Part shown: positions 1-9,640 of the stretch, one piece after another
Layout: every line of letters begins with the position of its first letter
How positions within the stretch are numbered: the first letter of the stretch is position 1
Source: Ginkgo biloba
Lineage: Eukaryota > Plantae > Ginkgophyta
Reading direction: 5' to 3'
DNA: 18,842 bases
Assembly (NCBI GenBank): GCA_024626585.2
Contig: JANKJI020000002.1
Location: 112,951,006-112,969,847 of the forward strand
The notes under the pieces: generated by a model
The model's input: only the letters and a program-made list of their open reading frames with translations
Told to the model about the DNA's origin: nothing
Database searches by the model: none
Translations under genes and position numbers: made by a program

Positions 1-63
1 CATATTATCATTATTTCTTTCTACTTCCTCTTCTTCTAAGAAGAAGACCTTTCGACTTCGGAA

Positions 64-150
64 AGCAAGTGCTCCCAATTTAGATGGCCTATTGTGGGTA
101 GCAGGTGCCCCGCACCCCTTTTTCTATTCTAGGTAGCAAGTGCCCCAATG
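64..150. repeat. Three degenerate copies of an AGCARGTGC(T)CCC motif at ~35-36 bp period
   Basis: AGCAAGTGCTCCCAAT at 64, GGTAGCAGGTGCCCC at 97 and GGTAGCAAGTGCCCCAAT at 132. The intervening sequence is poorly conserved. Confidence 0.55.
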
Positions 151-270
151 TTCTTGACTATTTATTACTCTTATTTGATTATTTATATATTTTCTTATCT
201 CTAAATTGTTAATTCTCTATCTTATTTAGTAGTTTCCCCTTTTGGAGCACTACAAAGAATGTTATTAGTA

Positions 271-3137
271 GAGTGGTGGCATTTTTAAGGATATTTGGTA
301 AGCAAATTGCTAATATCAAAAGGAGGAGGCATCACTTCAATAAAGCACAATAGGTGAAAGCCACCGAACTAGTGGAAGAAAATCCATTCTAATAAGGAAA
401 AATAAAGGAAACTTTCAAAGATTAAACATGAGATTAAAAAATACAAGAGCTACACTGATCAAGGGGTGAGGGTAAGAAGTAGGATTAATTGGATCAAACA
501 AGGTGATAAAGAGTTCTAAATTTTTCTTTANNNNNNNNNNNNNNNNNNNNNNNNNNNNNNNNNNNNNNNNNNNNNNNNNNNNNNNNNNNNNNNNNNNNNN
601 NNNNNNNNTTGTGGAAATTTTTTAAAATCTGAAGGAATGTCTAAGGCCATTGAAGAGGCTCTTTTAAAATGTATTGTCCCACTAAAATTGAAGAATAGGC
701 AAAGAAGCATGTTGGATAGGCCACTATCAAAGGAGGAACTTCACAAGGAAATTAAAGCAATGAGAAAAGGTAAGTCCCCTATCATAGACAACTTGTCAGT
801 CAAATTTCATAAGGAATTTTGGGATTTAATAGGGGAAAATTTGTTGAAGGTGTATGAAGAAGCCTTAGAGTCAAGAAGTTTGGGAGATTGGTTGAATCAT
901 GGGTTGATTGAATTAATCCCCAAAGAAGAAGATAAGGAACATGTTACAAACTGAAGGCTTATCACCTTATTAAATGTGGGTTATAAAATTATTGCTAAAG
1001 ACCTGGCTAAGAGAGTGGCACTGATACGGAATGGTGTAGTCTCTAAGGAATAGATTGATTTTATGAAAGGTTGTTATATTTTGGAAACCTTTTAAATGCC
1101 TAGAAAGGAATGGATTGGGCTGATAATGGTTATGTTAGATTTTGAAAAGGCGTATGCTAGAATAGAATGTGATTCTGTGGACTATATTCTAGGATCCATG
1201 GGTTTTGGAGAAAGGTTATGTAGGTATGTTGAAGATCTTTTAAGGGGAGCCTCTACATAACTTTGCATTAATGGTTAGATATAATAAGGTATAGAGTTAT
1301 AGCAATCTATTAGACAAGGATGTCCTCTAGCCTCCTCCTTATTTGTTCTTGTTGCTAATGCAATTGGATATCCTCTAAGAGATGCACAATGTTGCCAATG
1401 CGTGGAATTACCATCCCTGATGGAAATGCTCTTCTCAATAATCACTTCGTAAATGACACTACTTTGTACCTAAACGTTGACATTCAAAAGGTTCATAATT
1501 CTCTAAAACAATTAGAAATTTTTTGTTTAGCCTTGGGAGCCAAGATTAACCTCAAAAAGACAGTGGCCTTGTTCTCTTGGAGACAAAAAGGTGAGGAATG
1601 GTCTTCTAAGCTTAATTGGAAATGGTTGGAAAGGGGGCAATTGGTCAAATTTCTAGGAATTCCATTTGGGCTCGATTTTACACTAGGCTAAATGTGGAAG
1701 TGGGTTATGGAGAAAATTGAAAAGACGTTAAATAAATGGAATAATAGATTACTATCAATTACTAGTAGATTTGTGGTTTTCTCTAAAGTTCTATTAGCCT
1801 TTAATATCTATTATGCATCCATGTTGGTCACCTGAGAAGAATTAGATTAAGAAATTGGAAAATATCATTTATGATTTTCTTTGGTCAAATGGTAGAGGAG
1901 GACGCAATACTCATGCAATCAGATAGGATTTGTTGCTCTAAAAGGTTTGAAGTTCGTATGGGGCTAAAGAATCTAATAATTCATGGTCAAGCATTGGCCA
2001 CTAAATGGATTCTAAAGGCAATTAAAGGTGAGGAACCTTGGAAGCAGTTGGTGAGGAAAAGTATAGAAGATGGGCATCCCAAGGATAAGCCGGCATGGAA
2101 AGGCTCGTCTTTTATGAATGCTTGCTTGTGCAAGGCTACTTATAAAGTAAGAGGTTCTTTGATGTTACAATCTATTCGAAGAAGCTTGCAGGGAGAAATA
2201 CATCTATTGTATCCCAAAGTAGGGAATTGGGGATCAAGTTCTTTCTCAACCCTTGTGATCATTGTGGTGGAACGAAATGAGACATGGGGAGTATCTTGTT
2301 TACAATAGATGGTTTCCATCCATGAGGTGGAATAAGAAAGGTATAAGGATTCTTTTAGACCTTTCGAACATTAAATGCAAAAATTGAAAATCTTGGGAAT
2401 AGGTAAAGGAGGAATTTAAATTAAAGAACAATGAAAAAGTTATATTTGACAAACTCNNNNNNNNNNNNNNNNNNNNNNNNNNNNNNNNNNNNNNNNNNNN
2501 NNNNNNNNNNNNNNNNNNNNNNNNNNNNNNNNNNNNNNNAATTCATTTCTCTGAAATTTATTTATTACTTAATCACAATCCCAAAAGTGTTGAAGAGGTG
2601 GAAAGGAAATGGGAATTTAAGTGGTGTTCTAAAAAGCGGCCTATAGCTTTTGATGGACTATGGTCCTCTCGCTTGGAGCCTAAGAAGAAATTCCTTATCT
2701 GTCAATGCGTGTTGAGCAAGAATGTTAAAGAACATTTAAATAATATTTAAATAATTTGAAAGATATGGATTGTAATTGTGATGTATGGATCCTTATCACA
2801 TTTGATATGGCATTGTTCCCTTGCTCAAAATTGTTGGAATTTATTTCTACTTGCTTTGGAAAGTTTGTTTCAAATAAAGCTAGGGATAAGAGAATTGATA
2901 TGAGGAATAAGTGTTAATGATGTGTGGAAACAACATCTTTGGATTGTGTTGAGAGGTGAAGTTTTGTTTTCCTTTTGGAGGGCGAGTTGTGAAGTGATCC
3001 TTTCTAAGAGAAATTGCCGTACTAGTACTTTGGGTGCTATAAAGTCTTTTGTGTGGATTCAGGTGCAGGCAACACTTGATCTAATAGTTGAGGAGGCTAG
3101 ATCCCTTTTGGATTATGTTAGTCCTTTTGGCAACTAA
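271..3137 (+). pseudogene. Decayed non-LTR retrotransposon (L1-clade LINE) ORF2: linker, reverse transcriptase, C-terminal CCHC remnant
   Basis: Colinear L1 ORF2 motifs read across stops and frameshifts: GVRVRSRINWIKQGDK..SKFFF (463-530), KGKSPIIDNL/FWDLIG, LIPK..N*RLITLLNVGYKIIAKDLAKR (~910-1010), LDFEKAY (~1135-1155), SIRQGCPL (~1306-1329), HFVND for FADD (1446-1457), GAKINLKKT, KFLGIP, KWNNRLLSITSR, DFLW, GLKNL..QALATKW, HLIWHCSLAQNCW (from 2799), FWRAS. No endonuclease domain is visible. Confidence 0.95.
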
Positions 3138-3795
3138 TGTATTGGTGGCCTTGGGAGCAGAAATAGAGTTAGAGGAAGATTCTATAGAGGCTACATGAAT
3201 TCCAAGAGACACTAGTCTAGAGACTAGTCCTCTATTTACATTCATAGATGGGAAGAAGAACANNNNNNNNNNNNNNNNNNNNNNNNNNNNNNNNNNNNNN
3301 NNNNNNNNNNNNNNNNNNNNNNNNNNNNNNNNNNNNNNNNNNNNNNNNNNNNNNNNNNNNNNTTCAAAAACAAAAGTAAACCTAACAATTTGGTGGAAGG
3401 CTCGAGTTCTCTTAGTCATGTAGTTAAGGGGAAGCAGGGCTTTTATCTAGTCAAGGAAGGCCCTATCTAGGCAAGCTCTCAAATTTTGGTTTTCTTCCTC
3501 TTTGTTCCCTGTCTCAAGGTGGTTTGGCCATTCTCCCCTCCAAAGGGAGAATTTTTTTGTAAAAGTTCCCAATTTAGTTAAAAGTTTCTAGCAATTTGGA
3601 TTTTCAAGATGCCAGGCCCGCATACAATTACATACTACACACAGGAATATCGGTACCTTGCATGATAACTGACGACAAGTAGTCGTGTCATGGAATTAGT
3701 AGGAGAAACTTCTATCCAAGAGTTTCGTCTGCAGAGGTTGCCTAAGGCAACCAATTTTGTAACATAAAATGTTATATAATATAAAAATATATCTT

Positions 3796-3835
3796 GGGGG
3801 ATAAATCCCCCTTTTTTTTCTGACCGAAAAAAAAA
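3796..3835 (+). other. LINE 3'-terminal stem-loop(s) and A9 tail
   Basis: GGGGGA-TAAA-TCCCCC (3796-3811), then T8C-TGACC-G-A9 (3812-3835). Confidence 0.6.
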
Positions 3836-4302
3836 TAAGTAAAACCAACAATGGGAATCAAACTATTCACCCAGTGAATGTGGCGACCATTAACCTCCCA
3901 TTTCTTTTAAAAATCCTCTACAACATTAAAAAAAATAGCAAAATCGAATAACAGTTTGTACGATTCTTCCAATCTCAAACATCAAAGCTAGAAAATCAAG
4001 ATTAATATTCAAGGAAATCAATTTCAATGGAAAATGAAATAAAATTTATATATATACCAATGAATTATAGGGCAAACTACAAAGCCAATCTAGCCAACAT
4101 CCATGGGTGTCAGCCTAACTAGCGCAAAAGATTTTAGAGCACACGTATTGTGTTGAGGCAATTTTGAATTCAATATGTGTGGCCTTCTCTTATTTAGGGC
4201 TATTTCATTATTTTTATAGTTAAATATATAGGCTAATATATACTAATTCGTAAACCCTTTTAACTTTATAAAGGTTATGTCAAACTTAGAAAATAGTGCT
4301 AG

Positions 4303-4360
4303 AATTCGCCAAATAAACTTTTGTACTTAAAAACAATTCGCCAATTGGCTATAATTCGCC
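4303..4360. repeat. Three exact AATTCGCC octamers; possible DNA-transposon subterminal repeats
   Basis: AATTCGCC at 4303, 4335 and 4353, plus AATTCG at 4245. The CpG is retained in an otherwise CpG-poor region. Confidence 0.55.
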
Positions 4361-4439
4361 CCAAAAATTTTCCATGATCATCACCTTATTTTCTTCCAAG
4401 ATGTCAAAAAAGGAGAAGATTTATTTCTACTGTCCTTAT

Positions 4440-4832
4440 GATCTAAAGGAAGATCCCACTCCTCTTCCATCGAAATCTAGCATTTGCACATTCTTGAGTT
4501 ACTTCACATTCTTAAGAGGCTTCCATTCCTGTTGAGCCCATTTATGCCTAGATCATCAAACTCACTAAGTATTTCTTCTTTAGAAAACTTGGCCAGTCCT
4601 TTCTATTTTGTTGCGTTTGCTTAAGGTTCTACTAGCAATTTGTTTTGAATTTGTCCACTTTCTCCTACATTCATAAGTATGAATTGGTTTGAATACTCAA
4701 TCAAGTTGTAAAACAAGTTTGTTGGTTTTTTAAATTCTCTGTAAATTTTTCTAGTTCCAATTTTTTTTTAAAAAGGAATTGGTTTTTTTGGTTTTGTTGT
4801 TGTTCTTCAATCCTCTTCATTCTTTATTCCAT
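4440..4832 (-). pseudogene. Decayed first ORF(s) downstream of the PBS (gag N-terminus or caulimovirid-like ORF1/ORF2 remnant)
   Basis: ATG at 4832, 58 nt after the PBS, reads ME*RMKRIEEQQQNQKNQFLFKKKLELEKFTENLKNQQ (coiled-coil-like). MNVGESGQIQNKLLVEP*..KEEILSEFDD follows from 4674, then KWAQQEWKPLKNVK*LKNVQMLDFDG in another frame. No diagnostic motif is recognised. Confidence 0.4.
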
Positions 4833-4889
4833 ATTAGCCAACTTCTTCAAGATCCCAGATTAAATAATGTTAATGAGAATACTCCCTTG

Positions 4890-4902
4890 GGCTCTGATAC
4901 CA
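4890..4902 (-). other. Primer-binding site complementary to the 3' end of initiator tRNA-Met
   Basis: The + strand GGCTCTGATACCA reads TGGTATCAGAGCC on the minus strand, the canonical plant tRNA-iMet PBS. It is preceded on the minus strand by ...GTTCA plus a 2-nt AA spacer. Confidence 0.9.
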
Positions 4903-4904
4903 TT

Positions 4905-5327
4905 TGAACAACCTCATTCCTATACTTGCAACACAAATGGCAGTTCAAACAAGCATAGATAGCATTAACTTATGTAAAATGATGATGTATACATCCTAAG
5001 GTCCATAGGCAAGACAACTAAAACTAAGGGACAGAGAAATGGGGATTAAGCATTTATTGTATGCCTTAGGGATGATCTAAAGGGCTTATTGTGTCGGCAA
5101 CTAAACCTTCAATGGCATCCCTGTGCACATCGTCAACCCCTAGTAGCTATGATTGCTTTGATAGACTTTACCCCTTAACTCAATATCAATAAGCATGCTA
5201 GGGCACAATTATCATTTATATCCCTCTTTTGCGCTAGGAGGTCTTGTTAGAAATTAATGTCAATTAGAGGTTAATTATAAAGTCAAGTCACATTAATGTT
5301 AGTCATTAAATGTGAATGTTATGAAGT
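4905..5327 (-). mobile_element. Probable 3' part of a 5' LTR (U3/R/U5) or viral intergenic leader upstream of the PBS
   Basis: It ends in CA 2 nt before the PBS. On the minus strand there is a TATAAAA near 5220 and an AATAAA at 5053-5058. The far boundary is hidden by the 5328-5730 gap. Confidence 0.55.
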
Positions 5328-6143
5328 NNNNNNNNNNNNNNNNNNNNNNNNNNNNNNNNNNNNNNNNNNNNNNNNNNNNNNNNNNNNNNNNNNNNNNNNN
5401 NNNNNNNNNNNNNNNNNNNNNNNNNNNNNNNNNNNNNNNNNNNNNNNNNNNNNNNNNNNNNNNNNNNNNNNNNNNNNNNNNNNNNNNNNNNNNNNNNNNN
5501 NNNNNNNNNNNNNNNNNNNNNNNNNNNNNNNNNNNNNNNNNNNNNNNNNNNNNNNNNNNNNNNNNNNNNNNNNNNNNNNNNNNNNNNNNNNNNNNNNNNN
5601 NNNNNNNNNNNNNNNNNNNNNNNNNNNNNNNNNNNNNNNNNNNNNNNNNNNNNNNNNNNNNNNNNNNNNNNNNNNNNNNNNNNNNNNNNNNNNNNNNNNN
5701 NNNNNNNNNNNNNNNNNNNNNNNNNNNNNNAACATGGCTCAATCTGTTGTCTACATAGAACTACCAACGAACTACTCCACATTGACCACCACATAACTTA
5801 GACATGACATGAAACTAAGTTATGTATAATAACATAGACATTAACATCTAACACATTCAACACTCCTATGTATCATATCTAGCATTAATAGCATAATATA
5901 AACCATAAAGACATCCTATTGTTTACACCTCATTAATGCATAAAATATGTCACAAACTGTTTACATAATTTATGGCAATGAACCTAATGTTTTTGAAGGG
6001 TTAGAATTTTCAAATACTTACAAGTTTGGGAGGCTCACCTAATCAAAATCCTCAATTTGATGAGGCTCTTAGCAAGTATAACTAAAACAAATAGCAACAA
6101 CAAACTGGAGGTTCAACAATATGAAATCTAGCCAGTAACTAGG

Positions 6144-6812
6144 TCAAACATCCTCCTCTGAACAATGTGCACTCCTTCCTAGATGCCTACATCGCATTTA
6201 AAGATAATCTAGAGGTTTTGTGCACAAAAATAGTCATCTTAAGATGGCAACGCCTTCTAATCTGTGATGGAAAAATCCCTAGTGAGATGTCACCAATTCA
6301 ACGACATGCAATAGGTTCAAATCTAAAATTTTAGCCTCAAGCAAAGAGTACAGTAAGCCAAAATAAAAGAGAGAAGCCAAAAGATGTAGAAAGAAGATAA
6401 ATGCTAGATTTTAAGCCCAAGAGTAAGAGAATTGTCGAGCCCAAACAAGATTCTACTTTTATAACAAAATTGGGATGTCATAAACCCCATATAATAATTG
6501 GAGTTGATGGTGGAAGTGCCCTAACTTGAACCTCCATTCTATGAGACCATTTGCCACATGCCACTCTTCTATTAGAGGTGCCCTATCATGGGCTATCTCC
6601 TTGGCCTTTAATGATTTCTCCTTTTTCTTATTATTGCACTTCAAGCAATGCAACTCAAAGTTGTAGGACTACATACTAGCTTCACTCATCACTTTTCCCT
6701 CTTTTAAGGTATAATTTTCCTGGAATGAGTGGTATCTAATATAGAACTTGATGTAGTGAACCTTTGGGTTTTCACAACTCAAATCAACTATAAATTGATC
6801 CACTTCCACATA
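6144..6812 (-). pseudogene. Decayed ORF, probably a retrotransposon accessory ORF, truncated by an LTR at 6813
   Basis: One frame, including track ORF 6459-6653, reads YVEVDQFIVDLSCENPKVHYIKFYIRY..EWRFKLGHFHHQLQLLYGVY..FSYSWA*NLAFIFFLHLLASLFYFGLLYSLLEAK with about 8 stops in ~220 codons. Confidence 0.35.
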
Positions 6813-7123
6813 TGTTAGCGACATAAACTTAGAAGCAAATAAATCACAAAGGGACTCCTTAAGTGAAAGAGTTCAAAATAGACTCCCACAAGTCAAGAAA
6901 TACGGGAAAACTCTACAAAGACTCCAAAGTCATAATGATGATCACAAATGAAGCTCGAGTGCCCTTATATTCTCAAAATGATCTTAGCATAACGCTTAGC
7001 CTACATCTACATAAACCCTAGCACACCTTACTAAAGTGTTATTATGGTTACCCTTACAAATATAGGCCACCACTTATTTCTACAATTATCCACAATAGTA
7101 TAGACATGTTGGGGTACACAACA
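6813..7123 (-). mobile_element. 3' LTR (311 bp) of an LTR retrotransposon
   Basis: On the minus strand it starts TGTTG and ends TAACA (TGTT/AACA inverted termini), has TATAAG near 6965-6970, and lies directly after a purine tract. Confidence 0.7.
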
Positions 7124-7134
7124 TGCCCTCACCT
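7124..7134 (-). other. Polypurine tract (PPT)
   Basis: Minus-strand AGGTGAGGGCA immediately before the TG of the LTR. The upstream frame ends ..NMLIGEGM, resembling gypsy pol termini. Confidence 0.6.
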
Positions 7135-8100
7135 ATTAACATGTTTCAACCTCAATGCATGGGTTGCAACTATCCAATCATTCTTCTGCACTTGTAGGAC
7201 TATCTCTTGGGATCAAGAAGTCCCTCCCTAGGTTCATTACTTTCCATCCCTTTTGGAAATGAATTTCCCTCAAAACATTGATTCACATGTGCTTGTATCC
7301 ACTTCTTATATCATACCTCTTCTTTGCTTGATTTCTTCCTTCTTGAGTTCTTCATAGATATGCTTCCCATGGTGAACTTGAACAAATGTCGAGAGACTCC
7401 ATCATAGCCTTGCCATCTAACTTCATGATAATGTGGATGTCCATATGGTTCCACTTGCTTGGATCATGTTTATTCTTTCATAATGGTTGAGCTACTGCTA
7501 TGAAGATCTTGTGTTGTGCTTTGTTCTTTTCTTGCATTGATTATTAACACTACTTTATCACGATCTTGTCCCATTTCTTTTCTTGTCTTCTTGTGATGTT
7601 ATATGACATGTCATTTCCATTGTCAACTTGGCCTCTTCGCACTTTGCTTGGTATGGAATGGTTTGGACACTTGTCTTGATTTGAACCTTTGGAATTGGTT
7701 GGGAGTCAACTAGAGATGCTTTTCCAAATCATTATTCATGATGTTATATGTACTTGTTGAATCAACAAGGATTATAGCAGCATCCTCCTCAATATTGGCC
7801 TTGATTTTTAATGCCTTTGGTCCAATTGTTATGAAGGATTTTGTATAGAGAAATCCATCCCATAGTGCAGTTGCTTTCTACCTTTGCAATAATGGTCTCC
7901 TCCTTTTCCATTTCCACTTCTTGTTCAAGTGGTTTGTTCTTAGCTTTTTCCTTATTTTCCTCGACTACTTCCACTTCTTTGTTTTCTTTAGTTACAACTT
8001 TCTTATCATCTTCTTCTCCTTGTTCATTGTCATTGATCCCTCCCAATGGATGCCAATGGCAACTTCAATGAGAGGGACCAACCAACTCCAAAAGGATGAG
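7135..8100 (-). mobile_element. Degenerate internal region of the element ending in the 6813-7123 LTR
   Basis: Purine-rich minus strand with an E/K-rich ORF (7789-8046) and a VRWQGYDG peptide at 7398-7421. No RT or integrase motifs. The upstream limit is approximate. Confidence 0.4.
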
Positions 8101-9244
8101 GGTTGATAAATTTGTAGCAGCAAACAGAAACCACTCCTACAAATTTACATTCAATTGAAGAACACAAAGAAATTACTAAAATGAAAAAGAATAAACTAAT
8201 TAAGACATATTTACATGGTTGCATAAGTACACATAAAAAATAGATTACCTCTGTACATTTCNNNNNNNNNNNNNNNNNNNNNNNNNNNNNNNNNNNNNNN
8301 NNNNNNNNNNNNNNNNNNNNNNNNNNNNNNNNNNNNNNNNNNNNNNNNNNNNNNNNNNNNNGTGTAAAGTGTTTAGCCACATACAAACCTAGCTTTGGCA
8401 TTCAAACCTCATAACACATTTTAGCTATTAATGGCATGGTAGCCTATGTCTATACCATCATGATTGAAATATCAAAAGAAATTTAATTAACATCATCTAA
8501 ATAACCTCCTAATCATTGCAAGAAAATCTAAACTTCAATATTAGGTAATATTCATGCATTTGGCACACTTTGACTTGCGAATTTTATGGGTTAACCTTCA
8601 TAGATCTTCATGCACACCCATATAGNNNNNNNNNNNNNNNNNNNNNNNNNNNNNNNNNNNNNNNNNNNNNNNNNNNNNNNNNNNNNNNNNNNNNTTCAAT
8701 TTGGATGAATAGAGATGTAACAAATCCTTCAATTTTTATGCCTAAAGGAATCTAAAATCTAGCAAAAATTAAAACTATCAAAACGTTTTCATCGAATATC
8801 ATCTCAAAAACAATGAAAACTCAAATCAAACGTACAAACAAGTTCTACAAGCCATTGCATTTCTCTCTTCTAAATTTTTTCTATGCATTCTCGCATAGCC
8901 ATTCAAATCAGTGCAACCTCATAAATGCTAGAAAAAATCAATTTTTGACCCATATAGAAAAGAAGCTAGCCCCATGTTCCATAGATCTTAATGTCGATCA
9001 TAATCAACTATAATACCACTTCAACACTTTCATACAATCTCTCTCTATAAACAAATAAAGGATGACAAGCATAATGATTCAAATGGAGAAAGATGGTAGA
9101 AGTAACTATGTAACAATCATTTAAAAGTCCATTAAATCATGCATCAAGCCATGGAATAGTGTGATCCAAAACACCAACCTACCCCAATCCCAAGTGACTC
9201 ACTTGAGACCCCCTTCAACGTATTATTCTTGTTGGTGTTAGAAA

Positions 9245-9630
9245 TGTTACAAGATTAGAGATTGAAGACTCAATCTAACCCTATTCCCCATGGGCTCTCC
9301 TCCATGCTCCTCCCTTCTATAATCATTCACATTGCTAAAATAGGAGAGAGAGGTGACCTATGGTCTCCTTCACCGTTGACTCTTCACCTCATGAGACCTT
9401 ACACCCTATGTAACTATTCAACCTTCAATGAAATTTCACCTTCCAATTATTTTTCAACTTTTGGTGACCCTTCAACTTCAGGTCACCTTTAGCTTTCCAA
9501 TCACAATGCTATCTTTCTATCTAGGTCATCAATAATGATCTTGTGGCAATTGCATGCATCCATGCACCACCTCAATTTTAGCACCAAAAATCAAGTACCC
9601 TTGAAGAGGTGGCAATTGGTTCTTGTAACA
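9245..9630. mobile_element. LTR-like unit (386 bp) with perfect 10-bp terminal inverted repeats
   Basis: TGTTACAAGA (9245-9254) and TCTTGTAACA (9621-9630) give TG...CA ends. There is a CTATAAT near 9317. The flanks AGAAA and CATCA are not a TSD. Confidence 0.7.
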
Positions 9631-9640
9631 CATCACCCAT

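Larger units (their letters stand above)
271..3835 (+). mobile_element. 5'-truncated or interrupted LINE including 3' UTR and short poly(A) tail
   Basis: The ORF2 remnant is followed by ~700 bp of non-coding sequence ending ...CCCCCTTTTTTTTCTGACCG-A9, resembling plant L1 3' ends. The 5' limit is approximate, and a 100-N gap (3263-3362) interrupts the UTR. Confidence 0.7.

Noticed and set aside
64-150. CRISPR-like repeat-spacer array
   Set aside because: Only three short degenerate units with a period too short for CRISPR, no cas genes, and a plant TE context.
637-2308. Retron, DGR, group II intron or other prokaryotic RT system
   Set aside because: The motifs (RSR..W..GD, QGCPL, CCHC tail, poly(A)) are those of L1-clade LINEs and the frame is broken.
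3796-3819. Rho-independent terminator (GC stem plus T8)
   Set aside because: The context is eukaryotic retroelement DNA, so it is better explained as a LINE 3' end.
5296-5796. Five long track ORFs (138-166 aa)
   Set aside because: Artefacts of translating through a 403-N gap. The same applies to other X-filled ORFs.
7841-8106. Hydrophobic, Ser/Phe-rich plus-strand ORFs as membrane peptides
   Set aside because: Antisense shadows of the purine-rich E/K-coding minus strand.
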